Assembly: GCA_029240075.1 (NCBI GenBank)
Contig: JARBTQ010000002.1
Span: 75,218-139,217, forward strand
Direction: 5' to 3'
DNA from: Chlamydiales bacterium
GTDB taxonomy: Bacteria > Chlamydiota > Chlamydiia > Chlamydiales > JARBTQ01
DNA: 64,000 bases
In this document: positions 48,313-58,722 of the stretch, piece after piece
How the letters are laid out: every line of letters starts with the position of its first letter
How positions within the stretch are numbered: position 1 is the first letter of the stretch
Made by a program: the position numbers and the translations under genes
Notes under the pieces: generated by a model
Told to the model about the DNA's origin: nothing
The model's database searches: none
The model's input: only the letters and a program-made list of their open reading frames with translations

Positions 48313-49302
48313 TTAGCGCTCATCTAAGCGAGGAATAATATTGAAATTAGGGATCATCTTTGTTCCCAAGCGTGGTTGCGAAGGTATAGCAGGTTCTATG
48401 GTTTGAGTTGTTCGAGCTCCTCTCATATAGCTTGCTTGTAATTCTAAAAACTTTTGCGTTAATAATTGTCTCTCTGCACGTTCAGCAATGAGCTCATTTT
48501 TTAGCAACTCTAATATTTCTGAAGTCTGATTTGATCCTGAAGGTTGCCATTGAGTTACAGTATTTGTAGAAGATCTTTGCAAAGCTTCTTTATCTTTTTC
48601 TAACTCGCTAATCTTATTTAAAGCTGTATCTAATCGGGATGATAAATTTGTTTTATCTGTATAGAAGTCTCCCCTTTGCCTTTCTACGTCACGCAAAGTT
48701 TCCGTTAAAGCTGAGACTTTTTGTTTACTTTCATTTAGTAAAGATTCATTTTCTTGGAACTTTTTTTCAAGTTTTGAAACAATTTCTTTTTGTTCTTTAA
48801 GAGCTTCTTCTAGAGACTTTAGATCCAGGTCCTTTTTAATGTTTTGCTCATCTAAAGATTTCTTAAGAGCTGACCACTCCTCTTTATCCCTATGATGACT
48901 TTCCCTCTCAGTATTGAGCTGTGCTTGAAGCCTGCTATTGTCTTCTGCCCGATAGTACCGTTCGTCATTTAAAGAGCGTTCTAATCGTTCCTCAGCAATC
49001 TTAGAATGGCGTAAAGATTCGACAGATTCATCCAAATAATAAAGATGTGTGGCTAGATGTTTACAATCTTCTCCATCTAAGACATAGTCAAGTTGTGCCC
49101 ATATAGTATTTTTGCTTGCTCGCGATTCGATAGCTGCCTTTAGCTTTATGCTTGCATTTTCTCCTCTACTTTTATGGAGATCATATTCAGGAAAAGGGAT
49201 TGGTTGATGACAAACAGGGTTTGGCTCTGGTTCTTTTTCCTCATTAGGGGGGGTAATCATTTCCTCATATAATTCTCTACGTTTTGATCTAGATGTAAAC
49301 AT
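48313..49302 (-). CDS. Coiled-coil protein (329 aa), hypothetical
   Basis: Central roughly 180 aa of charged heptad repeats (SLDEQNIKKDLDLKSLEEALKEQKEIVSKLEKKFQENESLL...). No signal peptide. Confidence 0.65.
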   Translation of the reverse strand: MFTSRSKRRELYEEMITPPNEEKEPEPNPVCHQPIPFPEYDLHKSRGENASIKLKAAIESRASKNTIWAQLDYVLDGEDCKHLATHLYYLDESVESLRHSKIAEERLERSLNDERYYRAEDNSRLQAQLNTERESHHRDKEEWSALKKSLDEQNIKKDLDLKSLEEALKEQKEIVSKLEKKFQENESLLNESKQKVSALTETLRDVERQRGDFYTDKTNLSSRLDTALNKISELEKDKEALQRSSTNTVTQWQPSGSNQTSEILELLKNELIAERAERQLLTQKFLELQASYMRGARTTQTIEPAIPSQPRLGTKMIPNFNIIPRLDER

Positions 49303-49367
49303 TGTGATAAAGTCCTTTTTTGAAGTTAATTGAGAAGCTATTTTGACTGGGGACGATTGATATCTAA

Positions 49368-50615
49368 TTAGGTTATTAAAAAATCATCAGAAAGAGCTGC
49401 TAATGCAGATAGCTGTTCAATGATTAGCGATAAGGGATCTATAAGATCTAGCTCAATTTTTTGAATTAATTCATTCGAATTCAACGAATCTACTTTCTCA
49501 GTCAAAATTCCTAGATGCTGTAATAAGGCTTTTACCTGAGAAATGAGCTCATCAAAACTTGCATATCGTTTTTGTGTTATTGTAACGCAATGCTCTATCT
49601 CTTTTTGATAATCGGAAATTTTTTTATTCAATGCATCCTTAGCTTGGAGTTGCTGTTGTACATTTTGCTGAAAAAAGTGCAGTTTATTTTGTTGCTGCTT
49701 AGCTAAGATTTGCTGATGTTGCCTTGTTAAGGCTTGTTCCTGCATCAAGCTTTCTAGATTTTCAATAGTTTGCAAAGTCGTAAGATATAGATTCCTAAAA
49801 ACTTCTATTGCTTGTTTTATTGCATGTAATCGCATTTCAGCAGTATCAAAACAGTTTAGAACCTCCGGATTAAACAAAGAACGAGTAGAATCGTACCTTG
49901 CGCTCATATTTGTCACTTTGATTTGGATGTCGGATAATAGTGGTACGAGGGCACCATCTATTGTTTCAGATGAGCGATAATTTCTTGTATGCACCGTATT
50001 CCCTGTTTGTAGCGATTGTGGCAAAGATTCAGATAGCTTAATAAGAGCATCCTTCAATTGGCCACCATGCTCACTCAACAGTAGAGGTAAGGAGGTCATT
50101 TTTTCTGTAATTGTTTTAAAAGACTCATGACTATTATTCAAACGCTCCCGTAACTCATTACAAGATTGTAAATGATGGAGACTACTGAGTTCCTGTTTTA
50201 TGTCTTTAAAGAGATTTAAAGTTGTCTTGAGATTATTCAAGATAAAAAGAGAATAAGAGCGTAGAGAAGGAAGGGTTTCATTCGACTCTTTCAGCACAAA
50301 AGTAAGTTGTTCCGTGTTGGCTGTTAAATTATGAAATTCCATTTTAAAACTTTGCATCTTTTGCTCTTGTGCACTCCATAGACGAGCCTCAAAATTAAAC
50401 CTTGTATCTTGCTCCTGATAAAGACGCAGTTGATCTTGTAAATGTTGTAAAGCTTGTTTTACTGCTAAGCCAATCTGGTATGCTTTACAATAAGTACGTT
50501 GTTCTAATACCAAATCTTCTTTTGAACTAGCATGATCTACTATAGCTGCTTCTAAAGTTAATTGTGGACTACTTAAAGGCTTATTTTGGAAAATAGTTTG
50601 TATAGAAGGGTTCAT
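49368..50615 (-). CDS. All-helical hypothetical protein (415 aa)
   Basis: Long ORF with Q/L-rich helical sequence. Same strand as, and 65 nt upstream of, the 329-aa coiled-coil gene. Confidence 0.65.
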   Translation of the reverse strand: MNPSIQTIFQNKPLSSPQLTLEAAIVDHASSKEDLVLEQRTYCKAYQIGLAVKQALQHLQDQLRLYQEQDTRFNFEARLWSAQEQKMQSFKMEFHNLTANTEQLTFVLKESNETLPSLRSYSLFILNNLKTTLNLFKDIKQELSSLHHLQSCNELRERLNNSHESFKTITEKMTSLPLLLSEHGGQLKDALIKLSESLPQSLQTGNTVHTRNYRSSETIDGALVPLLSDIQIKVTNMSARYDSTRSLFNPEVLNCFDTAEMRLHAIKQAIEVFRNLYLTTLQTIENLESLMQEQALTRQHQQILAKQQQNKLHFFQQNVQQQLQAKDALNKKISDYQKEIEHCVTITQKRYASFDELISQVKALLQHLGILTEKVDSLNSNELIQKIELDLIDPLSLIIEQLSALAALSDDFLIT

Positions 50616-51469
50616 GTATCCTCATGACGTATTAAATTGAATATTAGGCTTGTTGCATACATAGCTAGCGGCTATTCCGATTACTTGTTGGTGCATGCGT
50701 TGTTTTGTAAGGATACTAAAAATAGGGTACTCATATAGATTAACCTCTGAAAAATAGGGGTATTTTAGTAAAACTGTGTAAGAAATTTGTCAAACCGGTT
50801 TTAATCGTTTTGGTTAGTTAGGAATTATGACTAAAATAAAATTTGCTTGCAAAATAAATTAAAGATAATAAACGGATTTTTTGGTTTTTGTATACGGTTT
50901 ACATGTAAATTTTTTAGATCTATGAGTTTAAGATGAAGTCTATTTTTCATGTATAAAAAAGGATATGCCCTAAATACACTCTAAGGTAAATATGCCCCTG
51001 TTTTAAATCTGTTTGGACTTTGTCTGAGCAGGGGATAAATTTTGTTTTAAATGGTTTTTTAAATAGGGATTAGAGATTATTTTTGCAGTAAGTTTTATAG
51101 AGATATAACGTAATGCTCTTTTTAGAGATCTATTTTTTTAATCGTGTATTAAATCTTAACGCTGGAACAGAAAAAGCTTATACCTCCGCCAATGAGCAGG
51201 AAAGAAAAGTATGGAGGAGTTCTGCATCAAATGTAAATAAGGCGTTGTCCTGAAAATGTAAGAGATCGTGCCCACAGCATAAGTTTTCTACTGTAATTCA
51301 TTTAGGATTGTGTATGAAGCAATGTACTTTAATGAATTTTTACATATCTCTTTGCCTTAAAACGAAAAGCTCAGCTTTTACTGGAAAATAAACAAGTTTG
51401 GTTTAATATAGGAGCTATTAGCCTATTAATAGGCTTTTCAATTAATTAAGAATTACAAATGAGTAAAAT

Positions 51470-52225
51470 ATGCCAGCAGTATGGGCGTTAGCAGATTTGC
51501 ATTTAGCTATAAGTAAACCAGAAAAGAGAATGGATGTCTTTGGACCTATTTGGCATGACTACGATAAGAAGATAGCTGAAGAGTGGCACAGATGTGTTAA
51601 ACCTGATGATCTAGTACTATTAGCTGGGGATATTTGTTGGGCCATGAAATTAGAGCAAGCTTTACAAGATTTACGTTGGATTGACGCTTTACCAGGCACA
51701 AAAGTGATGATTAAAGGAAACCATGATTATTGGTGGGATTCTTACACTAAAATGTGTAAAATCTTGCCTGCTAGTATCCATGCTATCCAAAATAATGTGT
51801 TTAATTACGATTCTATTTCGATAGGGGGGGCACGATTATGGGATACTACTGAGTATAGTTTTGGTAATTGCATAGAGTATAGAGAGAATCCTTTGGCTCA
51901 CACTAAAGATTATGAATTAGATTTGGAAGAACAACAAAAGATTTACAACCGGGAATTAATGAGACTGGAAATGAGCCTGAAAGAATTAAACCCGCATGCT
52001 AAATGGCGCATTGCTATGACCCATTATCCGCCTCTTAGTATAGATTTGCAGAATTCACGTGTAACAGCATTGCTAGAAAAATATCAAGTTGATATGTGTG
52101 TTTTTGGGCATTTACATAGTCTTAAGCCTGGCTTAAACATGTTTGGTAAAAAGAATAATATAGCTTACCATTTTACAGCTTGTGATTATTTGGAATTTAA
52201 ACCTTTACACCTTTTAGATTTTTAG
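51470..52225 (+). CDS. Metallophosphoesterase (calcineurin-like phosphoesterase family)
   Basis: Motifs ALADLHL, AGDICW, GNHDYWW, MTHYPP, VFGHLH in canonical order. Confidence 0.85.
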   Translation: MPAVWALADLHLAISKPEKRMDVFGPIWHDYDKKIAEEWHRCVKPDDLVLLAGDICWAMKLEQALQDLRWIDALPGTKVMIKGNHDYWWDSYTKMCKILPASIHAIQNNVFNYDSISIGGARLWDTTEYSFGNCIEYRENPLAHTKDYELDLEEQQKIYNRELMRLEMSLKELNPHAKWRIAMTHYPPLSIDLQNSRVTALLEKYQVDMCVFGHLHSLKPGLNMFGKKNNIAYHFTACDYLEFKPLHLLDF

Positions 52226-52231
52226 TGATTC

Positions 52232-52519
52232 ATGAAAAGTTATAATAAAGAACCAAGTAAAGAGGAAATTATACAGAAGCTAAGAGATAATAAAATTTTA
52301 TTGGAGCAACTCAAGTCTGTAGGCTTTTGCCAGTTAGATGGATTTTGTCTTGGCCTTGATAAAAAAACTGGAAAAATCATTTTACTCAGTAAAGGTAACG
52401 ATAAGAATTCTCTTCTATTGACTCAATTTCAAAAAACTATGGGCCAATTTTTGGACGAGCAGGGAGCTGGAAAAATAGCATCTTTGATATCACAAATAAT
52501 TTCTAGCGATCAAAATTAG
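52232..52519 (+). CDS. Hypothetical protein (95 aa)
   Basis: ORF starting 6 nt after the phosphoesterase stop. No motif recognised. Confidence 0.45.
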   Translation: MKSYNKEPSKEEIIQKLRDNKILLEQLKSVGFCQLDGFCLGLDKKTGKIILLSKGNDKNSLLLTQFQKTMGQFLDEQGAGKIASLISQIISSDQN

Positions 52520-52697
52520 TTTCTTTAATTAAGCAATTATTCTTTTAAGTATACCTAGGTCTTTATACAGAGTATGTTTTCAGTAGTTTATATTTTTTAT
52601 CTGTAGTTGATTTTTTTTATTTTGTTGATTTAAATTTTGTTAAATGGCACTTAGTTAATTAGATTGATAATATTAATGCTTTTAATTGGGGGAGCTA

Positions 52698-55286
52698 ATG
52701 GAATTTAATATAGAGCAGAAAGCCGAAATATTAATACAGAAGATTAGACATTACTTAATGACAGAAAGAGGACATAAAATAGAAGAAGCTTCAGATGAAG
52801 ATCTATATCAAGCTGTATCTTATGCTCTGCGTGAAGAGATTATGATTCATTGGGCAGCTACAATGGATACTGTAGCTAAAAATAAAGCTCGTACAATCTA
52901 TTATCTTTCCCTTGAATATCTTACTGGAAGATTTTTAAGTAATAATATTTCTAATTTGCAGGCTATAGACCTCATGCAATTAGTTGTAAAGAAAATGGGG
53001 CGCGATCTTAGAAAAATTTTATGGGTAGAACCAGATCCTGGTCTAGGTAATGGGGGATTAGGACGCTTGGCTGCTTGCTTTATGGATTCTTTAGCAACTC
53101 TTCAATATCCTGCTATGGGTTATGGGCTGAGATACCAATATGGAATATTTGAGCAACAACTTTGCCAAGGAGCTCAAATGGAACGCCCAGACTGCTGGCT
53201 TCTGCGAGCTCAACCCTGGGAATTTCGTCGAGATAACCGTGCTGTTCCAGTAAAGTTTTGTGGACGAACAGCCCTTAAAACTAACAAAGCTGGTGAGCAA
53301 GTTTACGAATTAGAAGATGCTGAAGAAGTGAGAGCATTACCTTTCGATATTCCAATCATTGGTTACAGTAAGCATCACCCTTTTTCAGTGAACACGTTAC
53401 GTTTATGGTCCACTAAAGAATCTCCTCGTAATTTCCAACTGCAGCGTTATAATGCAGGAGAAATATCAAGTGCTTCTGAAAATACAATGCTAACAGATGT
53501 CTTGTATCCTAATGACAACCATGAAACAGGCAAGCGTATTCGTCTTAAGCAAGAGTTTTTATTAGTTTCAGCTTCTATAGAAGATATTTTGAGACGTCAT
53601 TTAGCAAACTATGGCAATTTAAAAGATGTCGCTGATAAAGTTCGCATCCAAATTAATGATACTCACCCAGCACTAGCAGTTGCAGAAATGATGCAGCAAT
53701 TGACCAAGTGCCATAACTTTACATGGAATCAAGCTTGGGAAGTTACACAACAATGTCTTAGCTATACCAACCATACTGTATTAGTAGAAGCTTTAGAACA
53801 ATGGAATCAAGGTCTCGTCTACTATCTACTACCACGTCAGTACCATATTATTGAGCGTCTTAATATGGAGTTTTGCGGTAAAATACGCAGCCATTTTCCT
53901 AATGATGAAGAGCGTGTAAGAAGGATGTCTATTCTGGAAAATGGGCAAGTTAGAATGGCTAACTTATCAGTATATGGTTCGCACCATGTTAATGGAGTGG
54001 CAGCTCTTCATACGGATATTATCAAAAAATCTGTATTTAAAGATTTTTATGAAATGTACCCAGAGCGGTTTATTAATGTAACTAACGGGGTTACTCAAAG
54101 GCGTTGGTTATTAAGTGCTAATCCTCGTCTAGCAGATTTCATTACTAAGCGAATAGGGGATAAATGGATTACTGATTTTAGCCAAATTCGAAATTTAGCT
54201 AAATTTGCTGATGATGCTACAGCTCAAAAAGAGTTTTTGGAAATCAAGAAACAAAATAAACTCGACCTTATCGATATGCTCAACGAAGCAAGAGTTTGTC
54301 GCGACAAAAAATGCAATCCAACGGCAGATTATATGTTCCCTCAAATAGACCCTAATTCGCTATTTGACGTACAAGTAAAGCGTATTCATGAGTATAAGCG
54401 ACAATTAATGAATGCGATCCATGTTCTTATGGTTTATCAAGACCTATTAGAAAATCCAGATAGCCGCAAAATTAAGCGCACTGTATTTATTGGTGGTAAA
54501 GCAGCTCCTGGTTATCAGATGGCAAAAAATATTTTACGGCTAATTTATTGTATTGGACGTAAGATTAATAACGATCCTAAAATTAAAGATAAGCTCAAGC
54601 TGATCTTTATTGAAAACTATAATGTTTCAAAAGCTGAGGTCATCATTCCAGCAGCAGAGCTTTCAGAACAGATCTCTACAGCAGGACTAGAGGCTTCAGG
54701 TACAGGTAATATGAAGTTTTCGATGAATGGAGCCTTGACAATTGGTACTGATGATGGTGCTAACGTAGAGATGAGAGAAGAAGTCACGAACCAATGGTGG
54801 CCATTCCTATTTGGAGCTTCTGCAGAGCGTATTGAAACTCTAAAGCGCTCTCATACGTATAATCCTTGGGATGTATACAATAAGCATCTACAAGTTAAAA
54901 AAGCGATTGATATGCTGAAGGATAATTCTTTAACTCAAAATGATGAAGAAAGAGAAGCTTTAAATCAAATTTACAATGCTCTTATGAATGGTATCAATGG
55001 ACAACGAGCTGACCGCTACTTTGTTCTTGAAGATCTTCCTGAATACTATGAAATGCATAAAAAAGTAGAAGCTTTGTACCAAGACCAAGCTGTTTGGGCT
55101 AAATATGCTCTTCACAATATAGCGGGTATGGCTAAGTTTTCTACGGATAACTCTATCACTACTTATGCTAAAAAAATCTGGAATATTCAACCATGCCCTA
55201 TCGATAAAGAGCTGTTGAAAGAGATTAATTTTGACTATACAGCAGCGTATCATGCTATTTGTAATATTCCAAAAAGAGGCTCATAA
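52698..55286 (+). CDS. glgP: Glycogen phosphorylase
   Basis: About 860 aa. GLGNGGLGRLAACF and the PLP-lysine region EASGTGNMKFSMNGALTIGTDDGANVEM. ATG at 52698 is preferred to TTG at 52686. Confidence 0.95.
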   Translation: MEFNIEQKAEILIQKIRHYLMTERGHKIEEASDEDLYQAVSYALREEIMIHWAATMDTVAKNKARTIYYLSLEYLTGRFLSNNISNLQAIDLMQLVVKKMGRDLRKILWVEPDPGLGNGGLGRLAACFMDSLATLQYPAMGYGLRYQYGIFEQQLCQGAQMERPDCWLLRAQPWEFRRDNRAVPVKFCGRTALKTNKAGEQVYELEDAEEVRALPFDIPIIGYSKHHPFSVNTLRLWSTKESPRNFQLQRYNAGEISSASENTMLTDVLYPNDNHETGKRIRLKQEFLLVSASIEDILRRHLANYGNLKDVADKVRIQINDTHPALAVAEMMQQLTKCHNFTWNQAWEVTQQCLSYTNHTVLVEALEQWNQGLVYYLLPRQYHIIERLNMEFCGKIRSHFPNDEERVRRMSILENGQVRMANLSVYGSHHVNGVAALHTDIIKKSVFKDFYEMYPERFINVTNGVTQRRWLLSANPRLADFITKRIGDKWITDFSQIRNLAKFADDATAQKEFLEIKKQNKLDLIDMLNEARVCRDKKCNPTADYMFPQIDPNSLFDVQVKRIHEYKRQLMNAIHVLMVYQDLLENPDSRKIKRTVFIGGKAAPGYQMAKNILRLIYCIGRKINNDPKIKDKLKLIFIENYNVSKAEVIIPAAELSEQISTAGLEASGTGNMKFSMNGALTIGTDDGANVEMREEVTNQWWPFLFGASAERIETLKRSHTYNPWDVYNKHLQVKKAIDMLKDNSLTQNDEEREALNQIYNALMNGINGQRADRYFVLEDLPEYYEMHKKVEALYQDQAVWAKYALHNIAGMAKFSTDNSITTYAKKIWNIQPCPIDKELLKEINFDYTAAYHAICNIPKRGS

Positions 55287-55315
55287 ATAATTTTAAAGGT
55301 AGTTTATAGTTTTGA

Positions 55316-55349
55316 CAGCCCTCTTTTTTTATAGAAAGGGGCTGTTTTT
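55316..55349. terminator. Hairpin with flanking T-tracts between convergent glgP and the F-box/LRR gene (bidirectional terminator)
   Basis: cagccc...gggctg stem with a T/A-rich loop, followed by ttttt on the plus strand. The loop and 5' flank supply T-runs for the minus strand. Confidence 0.6.
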
Positions 55350-55379
55350 GCATTAAAAAAAGGGTCTTCAAAGCTATGA

Positions 55380-57206
55380 TTAAGTGCCTTTAGAATCACT
55401 CAAAGTATTTAAAACACCTTGGAAATAATTTTTGATTTTGCCTTGTTCTAACGGTTCGACTTCATACAAGTTTAGAGCTTCTAATTGCTCAGAAAATGCC
55501 TTTAAACATTGAAAATCATCCGGTAGAAGTAACGTTTGGCGTGCAAGTTTCATAAACGCCTGCGTTGTATCAAACTTATAAAATTCGAATAGCATCTGAT
55601 TTTTTATGTAGTCAATTGGTCGTTTAGATTGAAAGAAATCTAAAGCTATCTTTTCCAAACGTTTAATTTGTACTTCAATGAATTTCAAGTCGATAAATTG
55701 TTTATCAAAGTCAACCAAACTTGGGTTTAGTTTAATGTACTTTAAAGGACTAGAACGAGATCGATTTATAGGATTTCCATAGGTATACAATTTAAAATGG
55801 CTCAAACTTAAACCTTGAGACAGAGTTTCAATTTGGTTGGTGTGGATATCAAGAAATTCAAGACATAACGGAAAAGAGCTTGGTCGTCTATTTAATTTAC
55901 GCAGCAGGTTGTGACTTAAATCAACGGCTTTTAATGTCTCAATTTTCCAGAATTTTGAAGGAACAGAGTCTATTTTGTTATGGTTTAGTACCAAATACTC
56001 TAAATTTCTAAGTTTGACTAATGCTCTAGGAAAGGCTTCAAATCTATTATAGTCTAAATGCAAAAATTTTATTTGCTTAAGATGGTGAAAATGACGGGGT
56101 AACTTTTTCAAATGATTATGATCTAATCTAAGGCTCGATAGAGTCTGTAATTTAGTAAATGTCTGAGGGAAGTGGGTAATTTGATTATGGCTTAGTTCGA
56201 GGGTACTCAATGATGTCAACTGTTCTATGTTTGATAGAAGCCCTGACATTTGATTGTAGTTAATCTTCAAGATTTGTAGACTGGTAAGTTGCCCCATTTC
56301 TTGTGGTAATTCAGTCAGTTGATTGAATGATAAGTCTAATGCTTTGAGTTTTGATAATCTTCCTATATTAGGAGATAAGGTCTTTAATTGATTGTGTCTT
56401 AAAGAAAGAGTTTCCAAACGATCAAACTGTCCAATTGCAGCAGGTATTGTTTGCAGCTTGTTATATGCCAGATCTATTCTCAGTAGATGCCTTAAAAGGC
56501 AGCTTTCTTCTGGAAAAAATGTAATTTCTTTATTGGATAACTCTAAAGACTTTTTGAGAAAGGAATAACTACTTTTATTGCTATTTTCAGAGAAATTCTT
56601 TTTAATGTTTAAAATTTGCAATCCTTTTTGATACAAGGAAAGATTAGGATAGCTAGCATAGTTAGAATGAAACGAAGAGTAAATTGTAAACAAGTTTTTC
56701 AACTTTTCTGTTACACGCCAGGTTTGTAGTTCCATGTAAATTTGAGAAAGGTCTAGTCTATCCTTGTTAGCATTGGCTGCTAATTTCCGTATAAAGGAAT
56801 CTCCCCCAGCTATAGCCAGAATCTCTCCAATAACCTTTGTAAAGATAGCCTTCACCCTAATGCATTCTTTTGAAAATGACATTTTGAGAATTTTATCTTC
56901 TGGTAGTAAAGGGGATAAATAGAGATCGATAATGTATTTAACTTGATCATATTGTTCACTATGATACTTAAAATTGTAACCCGTTGATTCATTGCGTAAG
57001 CTTGATATAGGATCGAGGACTTGTCTATATAAAACTCTCTCTATTTTTTCACGGATTTTTATAAAACGGTAATCTTCAGTATCCTTGATAGTACGTAATC
57101 TCTTAGAACAGCTCCCTACTGCTATGGGATTAACGTCTTCATAGCTACAAATTATATCTAAGATTTCGTCAGGCAACTGTTCTAAAAGACTTAGTGGAAA
57201 ATTCAT
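55380..57206 (-). CDS. F-box plus leucine-rich-repeat (eukaryote-like) protein, putative host-targeting effector
   Basis: N-terminal F-box LSLLEQLPDEILDIICSY. About ten 23-aa LRRs of the L..L.L..N.L..LP..IG.L..L type. ATG at 57206 with a gaagga SD is preferred. The ORF track's TTG at 57299 directly abuts the asd stop. Confidence 0.8.
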   Translation of the reverse strand: MNFPLSLLEQLPDEILDIICSYEDVNPIAVGSCSKRLRTIKDTEDYRFIKIREKIERVLYRQVLDPISSLRNESTGYNFKYHSEQYDQVKYIIDLYLSPLLPEDKILKMSFSKECIRVKAIFTKVIGEILAIAGGDSFIRKLAANANKDRLDLSQIYMELQTWRVTEKLKNLFTIYSSFHSNYASYPNLSLYQKGLQILNIKKNFSENSNKSSYSFLKKSLELSNKEITFFPEESCLLRHLLRIDLAYNKLQTIPAAIGQFDRLETLSLRHNQLKTLSPNIGRLSKLKALDLSFNQLTELPQEMGQLTSLQILKINYNQMSGLLSNIEQLTSLSTLELSHNQITHFPQTFTKLQTLSSLRLDHNHLKKLPRHFHHLKQIKFLHLDYNRFEAFPRALVKLRNLEYLVLNHNKIDSVPSKFWKIETLKAVDLSHNLLRKLNRRPSSFPLCLEFLDIHTNQIETLSQGLSLSHFKLYTYGNPINRSRSSPLKYIKLNPSLVDFDKQFIDLKFIEVQIKRLEKIALDFFQSKRPIDYIKNQMLFEFYKFDTTQAFMKLARQTLLLPDDFQCLKAFSEQLEALNLYEVEPLEQGKIKNYFQGVLNTLSDSKGT

Positions 57207-57299
57207 TTTAATGAATCCTTCTTTGTGAATGAATGATTTTAATGGATTTAAATATACATTAATAGGTTGGGAAATAAAAAATTTACTAGCAATAGACAA

Positions 57300-58421
57300 C
57301 TATATAATTAAGCCTTTAGTAAGGGCTAATTCTGTTGCCCACACAGCTCCTCCTGCAGCACCTAAGATGGCGTTATGAGCTAAAGCAGAAAATTCTATGC
57401 GTCCATCATTGGCAAGCCGTAACTGCCCAATAGAAACAGCCATCCCATTTTCTCTCATAACATCTAACTGGGGCTGAGGCCGGTTTGTTTCCGTTAAGTA
57501 ATAAATAGGCTTTTTGGGAGATGATGGAAGTAAGGGAGTGGCAGTTACCTGATTCCAGAGGTTGATAATGGACTTTAAAGAAGGGGGATTACGAAATTTT
57601 ATAGAGACATGAGCCATATGCCCATTAGCAACACCTACTCGCACGCAACGAGCTTTGATTATAGGGTTTTGCGCTGGTATGATTCCCTCTTCTGTAAGCT
57701 TTCCCCAAACTTTTAATGGTTCGTTTTCTGATTTTTGTTCTTCCCCTTCAATATAGGGAATAAGATTGTCCTGCATAGCAGGCCAGGTTTGAAATGTCTT
57801 TCCTGCGCCTGAAATAGCCTGCTGACTAAACACTGTAATTTCGTCTATACCGTATTGACGTAAAGGTTCGAGAGCGATGACATAACTTTGAATAGAGCAA
57901 TTACTTTTGGTAATAATAGCCCCTGTTGAAAATCCTTTGTTTTTACGCTGTAGAGTTATAATCTCAAAATGATGGGGATTTACAACAGGTAAGATCATAG
58001 GGATTAAAGGGTCGGAACGGCACGCAGAAAGACAAGATGTTACCCATACTCCAGCTGAAGCATAGCTATGCTCAAGTTTGTAAGCTTCTTGCTTATCTAA
58101 ATCAATTGCGCAAAATATAATTTTGACAAGGGGAGCAATAGCTTCAACATCTAAAGCGTTTTTGACTTGTAGTACAGCTATTTCTGGAGGGATTTCAAAA
58201 TCCATATGCCAACGTCGTGCTACAGCATCTCCGTAGGTTTTTCCCTCAGAGTCTAGGGAAGCCGCAATTACTTTGATTTCAAACCATGGATGATCCCTTA
58301 AAATTCTTATAAGATGCTGGCCAACCATTCCAGTCGCGCCTAAAATTGCTATAGGAATTTTTTTTGATAGGTAACTGTTTTTCTCAGAAATGAAGTTTGT
58401 TTTTTCAATCTTTGCTGACAT
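57300..58421 (-). CDS. asd: Aspartate-semialdehyde dehydrogenase
   Basis: ILGATGMVGQ NAD motif and active-site SNCS cysteine. 373 aa. Confidence 0.9.
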   Translation of the reverse strand: MSAKIEKTNFISEKNSYLSKKIPIAILGATGMVGQHLIRILRDHPWFEIKVIAASLDSEGKTYGDAVARRWHMDFEIPPEIAVLQVKNALDVEAIAPLVKIIFCAIDLDKQEAYKLEHSYASAGVWVTSCLSACRSDPLIPMILPVVNPHHFEIITLQRKNKGFSTGAIITKSNCSIQSYVIALEPLRQYGIDEITVFSQQAISGAGKTFQTWPAMQDNLIPYIEGEEQKSENEPLKVWGKLTEEGIIPAQNPIIKARCVRVGVANGHMAHVSIKFRNPPSLKSIINLWNQVTATPLLPSSPKKPIYYLTETNRPQPQLDVMRENGMAVSIGQLRLANDGRIEFSALAHNAILGAAGGAVWATELALTKGLII

Positions 58422-58722
58422 TTTATTTTTCTCTAAAAATAATCGACTTTCGTTTATTCTTATCCTTCAATTTTGTTAGGCTAAACTTTATAAGCTCTGC
58501 TTCACTAATTTAAGTTTGTGGATTTCAAGCTTACTAGACTTGTTGCAAATAGTTGAATCAACATCCGCAAACTTACCTTTGCAAAATTTTGATTCACATA
58601 AGAAAAAGCATTGCACTACGTTATCTTAGTAATTTATAAAGCTTTTAACGTATAGATTAGCCCTATTTTTAAATAATTAAAAGATAAGTCTAACCAAGAA
58701 TTTTACAATAATATAATAAAAT

